A stretch of 64,000 nt of DNA from an uncultured Spirochaetales bacterium (GTDB taxonomy: Bacteria; Spirochaetota; Spirochaetia; CAYLLE01), in the NCBI GenBank assembly GCA_964618265.1, contig CAZUAE010000014.1:4-64003 (forward strand), given 5' to 3'. Under the pieces are notes generated by a model, which ran no database searches, was not told the DNA's origin, and saw only the letters and a list, made by a program, of their open reading frames with translations. The translations under genes and the position numbers were made by a program. Shown here piece after piece: positions 39,749 to 48,509 of the stretch (positions are counted from its first letter, which is position 1; every line of letters begins with the position of its first letter).

Positions 39749-40942
39749 TTATTTCTGTTCCGCTTTCATTACCAGGGTTACCGAAGCATAGGCTTCCACT
39801 GCCTCTCCTGTACCAACCGGGGCAAAACCTTCCTTTGTCTTCGCTTTTACGGACACCGATTCATAGGGTACGCCCATTATGCCGGCGATTTTTTTCCGTA
39901 TTTCCGGTACAAAGGGACGTAATTTAGGCTTTTCTATAATAATGGTAATGTCGGTATGAATAATGTCATGATTTTTACTACTCACCATTTGAACTGTCTT
40001 TCTCAATAAGTCAATACTGTCAGCTCCTTTAAATACTGGATCTTCCGGCGGAAAGTGAGTTCCGATATCATCTAAAGACGCGGCACCAAAGAGAGCATCC
40101 ATCAATGCATGCAGCGGGGCATCTCCATCGGAATGCCCTTCCTCCCCCCGGGGGAAAGGTATGGTGATTCCTCCTAAAATTAAAGGCCTTCCCTCCGCAA
40201 GAGGATGAATATCGTAACCGAAACCTGATTTTGTAATCACTGCGCCATCCCCTTCTGCCGGGATATCCCAAGGATAAGTTATTTTCCTGTTACCCGGATC
40301 TCCGGGTATGGTGAAGACTTTTCCACAGTAGCGGTCGTATAAAGCGGTATCATCGGTGCTTTGAAATTCTTCCTCTTTTGCCCTGCGGTGAGCTGAGAGA
40401 ATATCGGAAAATCGAAATGTCTGGGGAGTTTGTATCCGGGATAGAGCCGATCTCTCGTAGTGAATTTTCACAAAACCGTTACTATCGATGCCTTTTACGG
40501 TATCGTGCAAACTAATAACAGGAGCACACGCTCCGTGCTGCAGAGCTCCCTTATAAACAGCCGCAATCAACTCTTCCGATACCCACGGACGAGCGGCATC
40601 ATGTATCATAACAAATTCGGAAGGAAATGCCCGGAGATGTTCCAGACCGTTATATACGGAATTTTGCCTGGTTTCACCGCCTGCAATGACACTGCAGCGG
40701 CTCCGTATATCTGTTTCAAGATAATGATCAGCTAATTCGGAGGCACCCCGGACTGATTCTTTAGGAACAGTAAAAATCACCTGTCCACAAGACAGTTTAT
40801 TGATAAAAGGAATAGCGGCATTTATGAATATTGGCTTTCCGCCAATAAAACGAAACTGCTTCCTGGTTTCCCCGCCTATCCGTGATCCGGTTCCGGCAGC
40901 GGTAATTATAACCGCGCACGGACAATCGTTCAGATGAGACAT
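39749..40942 (-). CDS. ispDF: Bifunctional IspD/IspF (MEP cytidylyltransferase / MEcPP synthase)
   Basis: N-terminal AVIITAAGTGSRIGG (IspD), C-terminal GFGYDIHPL...GHSDGDAPLHALMDA (IspF). Confidence 0.85.
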   Translation of the reverse strand: MSHLNDCPCAVIITAAGTGSRIGGETRKQFRFIGGKPIFINAAIPFINKLSCGQVIFTVPKESVRGASELADHYLETDIRSRCSVIAGGETRQNSVYNGLEHLRAFPSEFVMIHDAARPWVSEELIAAVYKGALQHGACAPVISLHDTVKGIDSNGFVKIHYERSALSRIQTPQTFRFSDILSAHRRAKEEEFQSTDDTALYDRYCGKVFTIPGDPGNRKITYPWDIPAEGDGAVITKSGFGYDIHPLAEGRPLILGGITIPFPRGEEGHSDGDAPLHALMDALFGAASLDDIGTHFPPEDPVFKGADSIDLLRKTVQMVSSKNHDIIHTDITIIIEKPKLRPFVPEIRKKIAGIMGVPYESVSVKAKTKEGFAPVGTGEAVEAYASVTLVMKAEQK

Positions 40943-40951
40943 CTGACGGTA

Positions 40952-41539
40952 TTATTCTTCTTCATCTTCTAAATCTTCATCGGTATCCAGATCAATCTCC
41001 AACTTGCTGAATACCATACTTTCCACTTCTTCTTTCTTGATTCCCAGAGAGTAAGCTATTTCATCAACTAATAACTTCAAGGCGCTGTCAAAAAGTTTCC
41101 GTTCCAAAATGGGCAGTTCCTTTATTTTGCTTCTGTGATACAAAGCCCTCACCACCGTGGCAATATCCATAACACTGCCTTGTTTCAGCAGGTCTAGGTT
41201 CATCTGATACCGCATTTTCCAATCTGTCTGAACCGGTTTATAATCTTCAGCAATCAATGAAAGAGCCTTTTGGGCTTCTTTTTTACCTACAATTGCACGG
41301 ATTCCCAATTCCTCGGCCTTATCGACCGGCACCATAACAGTCATATCGGAAACTTCTATATAGATAATGTAATAGGGAATTAATGCATCGTTGAATTCCC
41401 TTTCGGTAATGGATTTAATTTTTCCCACCCCTTGAAGAGGATAAACCACCTCTTGATTTTCTTTGAAATGGGTAGATTTCTTTGCCTTTGTCTTATTCTT
41501 CATGCTCTCAGTATACCCTTCATTTGGGGTAAAAGTCAA
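40952..41539 (-). CDS. CarD/CdnL family transcriptional regulator (RNAP-interacting TRCF-like domain)
   Basis: VVYPLQGVGKIKSI...YYIIYIE pattern of the CarD_CdnL_TRCF N-terminal domain. Acidic C-terminal tail. Confidence 0.65.
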   Translation of the reverse strand: MTFTPNEGYTESMKNKTKAKKSTHFKENQEVVYPLQGVGKIKSITEREFNDALIPYYIIYIEVSDMTVMVPVDKAEELGIRAIVGKKEAQKALSLIAEDYKPVQTDWKMRYQMNLDLLKQGSVMDIATVVRALYHRSKIKELPILERKLFDSALKLLVDEIAYSLGIKKEEVESMVFSKLEIDLDTDEDLEDEEE

Positions 41540-41561
41540 AGGAGGAGACGCGACAAAAATG

Positions 41562-43163
41562 CTATTTTAATAACACAAGCCGCTCTTGCATTGATAACCC
41601 GGCAAGAGATGGATCAAATTCTCTCTTTTTTGGTTTTAGATACTTAAAGGGGTGTATATCTAGAGGATTGGGATACCATCCGTCTATTCTGCTCGTATCA
41701 ATAAGATTTACCGCGGGAGTATGACTTATCGGAAGAACAACCCCTGTTTCAATTAGTATCTCTTCCGCCTTCGCGAGATTTTCATACCGGTCTTTCGTAT
41801 CACCGCTCATTGAATCTTCGATGAGGGTATCAAATTCCTGATCCCGGAAATTCGCGTCGTTAAGATTGCTGTCGGAAGTCCACATTTGAAGGAATGTCAA
41901 CGGATCAGCAAAATCCCCAATCCAGGTAAGAGTACCAAATGTATAGTCATCTTCATTCAAAGCCTCAAAATAGGAATCAAAACTGACTACTTTTAACTGA
42001 GTAGTTACCTCCAGATGCTCCTTTAAAGCCGATGCAATGAGTTCGGTGGTTTCCCTGTTTACAGGATCGGGGGGGATTTTAAATACGAGATCTTTCAATC
42101 CTCTCCCTTCGGGATAACCGGCTTCCGCGAGTAATTTTTTTCCGGCCTGAACGTCCTGTTTCAAACCTTCCACTTCAGGATACAGGGGTATCGGCGGAAC
42201 CAGTGTGTCCGCCGGGGTGAAAAACTTTTCGTGATCTCTGATCTTTTCCCACGGCATTATTAGTGCCACCCCGCGTCTTACTTTAGGATTGTTAAATGGT
42301 TTCTCTCTGCTCACCGAAAAGAAATAGGTGGTGGCGAACATAGGATTTATTTTAATTGCATCGGCAAACTGAACTTCCCGCAGATCCCAGCTTTGGGCAA
42401 CCCATTCTATCTGCCCTTTATTAAACAACTCTGTTACACGCTTGTCATCATCATTATAGTTAATCTTGACAATATCGTAATACACATTGTCCTTGTCCCA
42501 ATACCGAGGGTTTTTCTTTAGGGATAGTTCCGATGACGAGTACTCATCAATTATAAAGGGACCGTTTCCAATAACTTTATCCGGCTGGGTCAGCTGCTTC
42601 AGATAGAGATTTTCAGGATGCACGGCTGAAAAACTGTGATGACAGAGGATTTTCATAAAATGCGAAGCTGATTTTTCTAGAACAACCTCTAAAACAGTAT
42701 CCGAAAGGACTTTTATTCCTACAGATGATGCCCGGGAAGTTTTCCCGGTACGATAATTTTTAGCTCCCGCTATGATATCAAAAAGAAAAGAATAAGCAGC
42801 ATCATTCTGAGGGTGTAAGAGTTCCAGCCAGGAATCACGAAAATGCTTTGCCGTTACCTGATCTCCGTTTGAATATACCGTATCTCGCAAATAAAAGGTG
42901 TAAGTTTTTCCGTCCTCTGATATATCCCATTTTTCCGCAATTGCCGGAACGGGATTTAAGTTATAAGGATCGTATGATACAAGACCTTCAAAAAGGGCAG
43001 TATACAACTGAGCTTCCGAAGTGGTGTATGAATAAATCGGGTTATACTGTAAGTTTGCAGGGCTTAGATTTACTGTAAACTCCGCGTTCTCTTTCTGTGC
43101 TGTTATTGTAAACGGTATTATTATAAATAGAACAGATAGGGATAATCTTAATATATTTTTCAT
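41562..43163 (-). CDS. ABC transporter substrate-binding protein, family 5 (oligopeptide/OppA-like)
   Basis: Signal peptide. 533 aa. SBP_bac_5-like pattern (LVSYDPYNLNPVPAIAEKWDISEDGKTYTFYLR). Confidence 0.7.
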   Translation of the reverse strand: MKNILRLSLSVLFIIIPFTITAQKENAEFTVNLSPANLQYNPIYSYTTSEAQLYTALFEGLVSYDPYNLNPVPAIAEKWDISEDGKTYTFYLRDTVYSNGDQVTAKHFRDSWLELLHPQNDAAYSFLFDIIAGAKNYRTGKTSRASSVGIKVLSDTVLEVVLEKSASHFMKILCHHSFSAVHPENLYLKQLTQPDKVIGNGPFIIDEYSSSELSLKKNPRYWDKDNVYYDIVKINYNDDDKRVTELFNKGQIEWVAQSWDLREVQFADAIKINPMFATTYFFSVSREKPFNNPKVRRGVALIMPWEKIRDHEKFFTPADTLVPPIPLYPEVEGLKQDVQAGKKLLAEAGYPEGRGLKDLVFKIPPDPVNRETTELIASALKEHLEVTTQLKVVSFDSYFEALNEDDYTFGTLTWIGDFADPLTFLQMWTSDSNLNDANFRDQEFDTLIEDSMSGDTKDRYENLAKAEEILIETGVVLPISHTPAVNLIDTSRIDGWYPNPLDIHPFKYLKPKKREFDPSLAGLSMQERLVLLK

Positions 43164-43283
43164 TGGTACTCCAAGTTATTATTCCGGAATGATAACTTAA
43201 GGTTAGTCTCGGGAGAAATAAAAGTCAAATATGAGCGGAATAGATTAAACCAAGTCGTTCTTTAGTGATAAACGAATAAAGAA

Positions 43284-43574
43284 TTATTCTCCAAGTCCGA
43301 AGGATTCCATTATCCGGTCGGCAACCATTTCAACCACGGAATCATTTATATAGGAAGGATCTTCTAATTTCTTTTTGACTTCTGCAATTCGATCCATTCG
43401 TACATCGTCCGAGGATTTTACATCCTTAGAAATTTTAAGGAGTTCAGCTTTTAGTTTTGATTCTTCGGAGAGGGAAACGGAATCCTTTGCTTCCTTTTTC
43501 TCTGTCCGTTGGGTCTTTTCTGTTTTGTTGAATCGCGATATGGGGTCAACTGGACCTAAGCGGTCAATCGTCAT
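43284..43574 (-). CDS. flgM: Anti-sigma-28 factor FlgM
   Basis: 96 aa. C-terminal RMDRIAEVKKKLEDPSYINDSVVEMVADRIM matches the FlgM conserved segment (+IA.+K..IE.GSY.VD...+A). Confidence 0.55.
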   Translation of the reverse strand: MTIDRLGPVDPISRFNKTEKTQRTEKKEAKDSVSLSEESKLKAELLKISKDVKSSDDVRMDRIAEVKKKLEDPSYINDSVVEMVADRIMESFGLGE

Positions 43575-43632
43575 ATCATCCTTCCTTTCATATTAACTAT
43601 CGTCAATAACTGCCTAAATTTTTAATATAAAA

Positions 43633-44319
43633 TTACTCTTTTGCGGAGATACAGACAACTATTTCTCCTTTAATTGTACTTCTGCTCTTAAAATTCTCCA
43701 GTACTTCTACTACTATGCCGGATATATACTCTTCATGCAGTTTTGTCATCTCCCTGCCAATAAAAATGTACCGCTTAGAATCAATATCGGCAATATCTTC
43801 TAATAATTTTACAACGCGATGCGGAGATTCATATAAAATCACCGCGGTATCACAGCTCATTATTTTTTCCAGCCGGCGTTTACGCCTGCCGGACTTTGGG
43901 GATAGAAACCCCCCGAAAATAAAATCACCGCCGCTAAAACCCGAAACACTATAAGCGGATATTGCCGCAGACGGGCCCGGAATCGGAATAACCTCAAAAC
44001 CCTTCTCACGGATGTCCCGCGCCAGCAGGCTTCCTGGATCACTAACTGCCGGTGTACCGGCATCGCTGCAATAAGCTAAGCTTTTACCCTCTTCTAACCT
44101 CTGTACGACTGCATTTACTCTGGATTTTTCATTATATCCATGACAGCTTATTAGCTTTTTTTTAATGCCGTATTGAAGAAGTAACCTGCCCGTTCGCCTT
44201 GTATCTTCACATACTATTATATCAACACTCTTAAGAACATCAAGGGCTCTCAGAGTTATATCCGCCATATTACCGATAGGTGTCGCAACAATAAATAACG
44301 CGTTCTCCCGCTCTGCCAA
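43633..44319 (-). CDS. rsmI: 16S rRNA (cytidine1402-2'-O)-methyltransferase
   Basis: LFIVATPIGNMADITLRALDVL...IIVCEDTRRTGRLL is the RsmI N-terminal signature. Confidence 0.8.
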   Translation of the reverse strand: MAERENALFIVATPIGNMADITLRALDVLKSVDIIVCEDTRRTGRLLLQYGIKKKLISCHGYNEKSRVNAVVQRLEEGKSLAYCSDAGTPAVSDPGSLLARDIREKGFEVIPIPGPSAAISAYSVSGFSGGDFIFGGFLSPKSGRRKRRLEKIMSCDTAVILYESPHRVVKLLEDIADIDSKRYIFIGREMTKLHEEYISGIVVEVLENFKSRSTIKGEIVVCISAKE

Positions 44320-44481
44320 TTACTCCTCCATTCTTTTTAGTCTCTGCTTGCGTTATTCAATATAGTTTGTTTACAATGATATACTAATCACGATAATTTC
44401 AACAGGGGGTATAACATTCAAATAGCCGTTCTAATCTTTCTACTCATTCTTATCGGTATTCTACTATACACACTGCTCAAG

Positions 44482-44844
44482 ATGAAAGATAACGATTATT
44501 CCTCCCTCTCGAACAGGATGGCAAATAGAAGCAGAAAAAACTTTGAATTGCTGAAACCCTGTCCAATTTGTGGTAAAATGCTCAAGAAGAGTGAACTGAT
44601 AAAAACAACGGTATATCCGGGCAAACCGGATCGTATTGTTCATATGTTTGGCTGCCCGCACTGTTATCCGGGAAACAGCGGGTCTCCCAGAAAATGTCCA
44701 GTATGCGGAAAAATCCTTGGATTTAATGATTATCTCATCGCAAGGATGTTTGAAAGAAGGGACAAAAAACATGTCCATGTACTTGGATGTACCCGCTGCA
44801 GAGATGACCGCTCTTCTGTCAACAATGGCAAAACATCTATCTGA
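44482..44844 (+). CDS. Small zinc-ribbon protein (four CxxC-type pairs)
   Basis: CPICGK, CPHCYPG, CPVCGK, CTRCRD. Preferred over the overlapping minus-strand ORF 44464..44778. No clear SD, so the start is uncertain. Confidence 0.45.
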   Translation: MKDNDYSSLSNRMANRSRKNFELLKPCPICGKMLKKSELIKTTVYPGKPDRIVHMFGCPHCYPGNSGSPRKCPVCGKILGFNDYLIARMFERRDKKHVHVLGCTRCRDDRSSVNNGKTSI

Positions 44845-44866
44845 ATAAGGGAGGCATCGTAGAACG

Positions 44867-45916
44867 ATGTTATACTACCTCGGTGAATGGCTTACTCAAT
44901 ACTTTGGACCGGCAAGACTATTTACATCCCATCTTTTCTTAATAGCTGCAGGCACATCAATATCATTTCTCCTATCTCTTATCTTTATTCCACCGCTTAA
45001 ACAACTACTCCCCAGAGACAGAGGCAGAGAATTTGCTGTTGATAGTCATGCCGCTATCGGAAAACCCACAGGTGGAGGGATTATCTTTATCACAATATTC
45101 TTCTTTATCAGTATGCTTTTTGTTCCATTTTCTGTTCATCAGATTCTCATCCTTCTTATCTGTATGATTGCCATGGTTACCGGGTATCTTGATGACAGAA
45201 GTAATAAGCCATGGAGCGAATACATTAAGGGGCTCTTAGATCTACTCATAGCTTTAGCAGCTTCCTTTGTGCTTTACTACTCAAGGGGGGGAGAATTGTG
45301 GTTTCCCTTTACAAAGGAGATTTTCTATGTTTCACCTTTTTTCTATATCCCCATATCTGCGCTAATCATTTGGGTCAGCATTAATTCCACGAATTGTACG
45401 GACGGAATTGACGGTCTATCCAGTACACTGGTCCTTTTGGCGCTAATGAGTATGGGAGTCTTCCTCTACTTTGTGATCGGCCATGTGGTGGTATCTAATT
45501 ATCTTCTACTGCCCCATTACGAAAATGGAGCACGTTGGGCCATCATGATTTTCACTTTGGTTGGAAGCCTTGGGGGGTATCTCTGGCACAATGCTTATCC
45601 AAGCTCAGTACTTATGGGAGACGCGGGCTCGAGAGCTTTAGGCTTCATTATAGGAGCATCCATAATTCTTTCCGGCAATCCTTTTTTTATCCTAATTGCA
45701 GGAGGGGTGATGCTGATAAACGGAGGTACCGGATTAATTAAGGTAGTTCTATTACGTTTCTTTAAGATAAAGGTTTTTCACAATGTCAGATTTCCACTCC
45801 ATGATCATTTCAGATACCGTTGGAAATGGTCCAATACACAGGTACTCATCCGGTATTCACTAATTCAGATGCTGCTGATCATCGTGTTATTCGGAATTTT
45901 TATAAAAATCCGATAA
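44867..45916 (+). CDS. mraY: Phospho-N-acetylmuramoyl-pentapeptide transferase
   Basis: Polytopic membrane protein with MraY motifs (GYLDDR, NCTDGIDGL, MGDAGS). Strong SD aagggagg. Confidence 0.85.
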   Translation: MLYYLGEWLTQYFGPARLFTSHLFLIAAGTSISFLLSLIFIPPLKQLLPRDRGREFAVDSHAAIGKPTGGGIIFITIFFFISMLFVPFSVHQILILLICMIAMVTGYLDDRSNKPWSEYIKGLLDLLIALAASFVLYYSRGGELWFPFTKEIFYVSPFFYIPISALIIWVSINSTNCTDGIDGLSSTLVLLALMSMGVFLYFVIGHVVVSNYLLLPHYENGARWAIMIFTLVGSLGGYLWHNAYPSSVLMGDAGSRALGFIIGASIILSGNPFFILIAGGVMLINGGTGLIKVVLLRFFKIKVFHNVRFPLHDHFRYRWKWSNTQVLIRYSLIQMLLIIVLFGIFIKIR

Positions 45917-45920
45917 ATTT

Positions 45921-46946
45921 TTAGTATTGCCTAGCAGGAGGAAGAACAAATTCCTTAATTTCTTCCTGTCCCGAAATAACGAGAGTTAGTGTTGAGTTAA
46001 CCTTTTCTTCGTAGGGGACAGCAATCCTTCCTCCGGGATGTTTCATTCCAAAGATAACTTTCTGTTCTCCATCCGGGGGTATTACTTGAAACTGGATATC
46101 GATTGCTACCGGATAATCGGGAAGTACATAATCGAAAATACCAAAGACAACATCTTCCTCTTCGGGATCCGGTTTATTAATAGTAACGGAAACAATATTA
46201 TTTAAATCTATTTCCGTTTCCGGCGGAGGATTTTGTGAGACCACTACCCCTTCTCCCTCTTCATCATCTGCTATGAATCGGAAAGGTATTCCTTTATCCA
46301 CCAGCTCCTGTATAGCATCCGAATAATGCAGATCGATTAAGTCAGGCATTTCCGCGGCTTCCACATTAGGTCCGCGGCTTACCCAAAAATCAAGAGAGGT
46401 AAAACCGGTGACGCGGGTATCGGGTTCGGGATTCTGACCTACAATTGTGCCCGGTTCCGCTTCGTCAAACACAAAGGAAACATTCCCCACCCCCAGGAGG
46501 GGATTCTGACTGGAAAATAATGTCTGCAGGTAGAGCTTCACCTCATCCAGTTCTTTTCCAACGAAATCTTCTACTTTATCGACTAAGGCTCCCTTGCTGA
46601 CCGAGAGCTGTATTCTCTTCCCGAGCTTAACAACAGTACCCGGTATGGGTTTCTGAGAAAGCACTCTTCCTTTTGATGAGGGGTCTGATGATGTTCGTAA
46701 CTGAATCCAGGGCTGGAGATGATATTTCTGCAGATCCAGCATCGCTTCTTCCAGGGTCTTGCCCGCAACATCCGGAACCTTTGTCTCTTCGGGACCTTCC
46801 ATAACGACAAGAAAAACAATAAGTCCGCTTACAATCATAAGAAGAAGCGCACCCACGATTGCCAGTATTGAGTAACGAAAATATTTTGATGCTTCGTCTC
46901 CGGAAAAACCGGTCTTTTTTCTAAAATTAGGCGCGGAAAGCTTCAT
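45921..46946 (-). CDS. Membrane-anchored protein with three PASTA domains (no kinase or transpeptidase domain)
   Basis: N-terminal TM helix, then three ~70-aa segments fitting the PASTA pattern (VPDVAGKTLEEAMLDLQKYHL..., VEDFVGKELDEVKLYLQ..., MPDLIDLHYSDAIQELVDKGIPF...). Confidence 0.6.
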   Translation of the reverse strand: MKLSAPNFRKKTGFSGDEASKYFRYSILAIVGALLLMIVSGLIVFLVVMEGPEETKVPDVAGKTLEEAMLDLQKYHLQPWIQLRTSSDPSSKGRVLSQKPIPGTVVKLGKRIQLSVSKGALVDKVEDFVGKELDEVKLYLQTLFSSQNPLLGVGNVSFVFDEAEPGTIVGQNPEPDTRVTGFTSLDFWVSRGPNVEAAEMPDLIDLHYSDAIQELVDKGIPFRFIADDEEGEGVVVSQNPPPETEIDLNNIVSVTINKPDPEEEDVVFGIFDYVLPDYPVAIDIQFQVIPPDGEQKVIFGMKHPGGRIAVPYEEKVNSTLTLVISGQEEIKEFVLPPARQY

Positions 46947-47881
46947 TCTTCTCCCCCAAGCATAGAACCTTCTAACTCTTTAACCCCATTCACAAAGGAT
47001 TTCCAATCCATAGGTTTTTTTGATTGAAGCTGGACTCTATTTACTGTAAGAATACCATCTCCCGTTTGTATCAAAATTCCCCTTTCTTTGTCTATACCTA
47101 TAACTGTGCCGGCAGGCAATGTTTCATTACCAGCTGAATCCATCACGGACCCCGATAAGATAAAAAGTTTCCGTCCCCTGAGGAGCGTATACGCGCCAGG
47201 CCAACCGGTGTAGGCTCGTATCATTCTTTCTATAAAAACAGCGGGTAATTTCCAGTTAATATTCCCATCTTCCTTTTTGACTATACGGCAGTAGGTCGCC
47301 TTTGATTCATCCTGAGGACGGTCATGGATGTTGCCCTGCTTTAGCCCCGATACAGTTTTATCAAGAAGATCAGCCCCCGTTTTGGAGGCTAGTTCTGTCA
47401 ATTCCACAGTTGTTTCATTACCTGCTAAAGGTATCTCCTCTTGGAATAATATATTTCCGGCATCCATTTCCATTGCTATCCGCTGTACTGTTACACCGGT
47501 CATATCATCTCCGGAAAGGATAGCAGCCGGTATAGGAGAGGGCCCCCTAAACCTGGGAAGGAGAGAGGGATGCACGTTTACCCCTCCTAATGGAAATAAT
47601 TCAATAAACTTCGGTCCGAATAACCGTCCATAAGCATACACCGCAAGCAGATCAGGATTTAATTCACGAATTTTTTTCCGTATTTCAGAACCTAAACGGT
47701 GCGGTTGAAGAAGTATTAACCCCAGTTCTTCCGCCCGTTTCTTGACGGGCGGAGAGACAATTTTTTTTCCCCTTCCTGCTATCCGGTCCGGGGCGGTAAG
47801 TACAAAACACTCATTATTTGAGGACAGTTTTTCCAGTGATTTGACCGCAAGCTCCGGGGTTCCCGCGAACAGAATGCGCAT
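46943..47881 (-). CDS. fmt: Methionyl-tRNA formyltransferase
   Basis: MRILFAGTPE N-terminus. Formyltransferase core HPSLLPRFRG. Operon with def. Confidence 0.85.
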   Translation of the reverse strand: MRILFAGTPELAVKSLEKLSSNNECFVLTAPDRIAGRGKKIVSPPVKKRAEELGLILLQPHRLGSEIRKKIRELNPDLLAVYAYGRLFGPKFIELFPLGGVNVHPSLLPRFRGPSPIPAAILSGDDMTGVTVQRIAMEMDAGNILFQEEIPLAGNETTVELTELASKTGADLLDKTVSGLKQGNIHDRPQDESKATYCRIVKKEDGNINWKLPAVFIERMIRAYTGWPGAYTLLRGRKLFILSGSVMDSAGNETLPAGTVIGIDKERGILIQTGDGILTVNRVQLQSKKPMDWKSFVNGVKELEGSMLGGEE

Positions 47882-48387
47882 TAAACTCCAACCGTTTTGA
47901 AGTACTTCTTCATAACCTTATCTTTTTTCCGTTCATTCAAATGATCTATAAAGAGAACCCCATTCAAGTGATCATTTTCATGCTGAATTACCCGGGCAAG
48001 AAAGCCTTCGGCATCAAGAGTGAATCGCCTCCCGTATTCATTCCATGCCTGAATTTTTACCAATCGAGGCCGCCTAATGTCGGTATAAATTCCGGGAATA
48101 CTGAGGCACCCCTCTTCATATTCAACTTCTTCCAGGGATGTCTCAATGACTTGAGGATTTATAAAAGTTCTTGGCTGGTCACCCTGCAGGCTGATGACGA
48201 ACAGCCGCTTGTTGATATTAACCTGAGGAGCCGCAAGACCGATTCCTTTTTCTTTTATCATTACATTAATCATTTCGGAAGCTAATTCTGCCGTTGCTTT
48301 ATCTATAGTATCCACTTCCGCTGCTTTTTCTTTCAATCCAGGATTTGGAACTTTAATTATCTCTAACATATTATTCTCCAATGTCAT
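47881..48387 (-). CDS. def: Peptide deformylase
   Basis: EGCLSIPG and QHENDHLNG metal-binding motifs. Confidence 0.85.
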   Translation of the reverse strand: MTLENNMLEIIKVPNPGLKEKAAEVDTIDKATAELASEMINVMIKEKGIGLAAPQVNINKRLFVISLQGDQPRTFINPQVIETSLEEVEYEEGCLSIPGIYTDIRRPRLVKIQAWNEYGRRFTLDAEGFLARVIQHENDHLNGVLFIDHLNERKKDKVMKKYFKTVGV

Positions 48388-48509
48388 TATACTATATTAT
48401 TTCATTCCTTTAAATATCTTAAGCGGGTGTATAGACAATCATAAACCTTACCAAAAGATTCAACATTAATATATACATAATATACTAAAATTCAAAAGGC
48501 TGGATCGTC

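Noticed and set aside
44464-44778. 104-aa minus-strand ORF overlapping the zinc-ribbon ORF
   Set aside because: It has no recognisable features. The plus-strand frame carries four CxxC pairs and sits in operon position before mraY.
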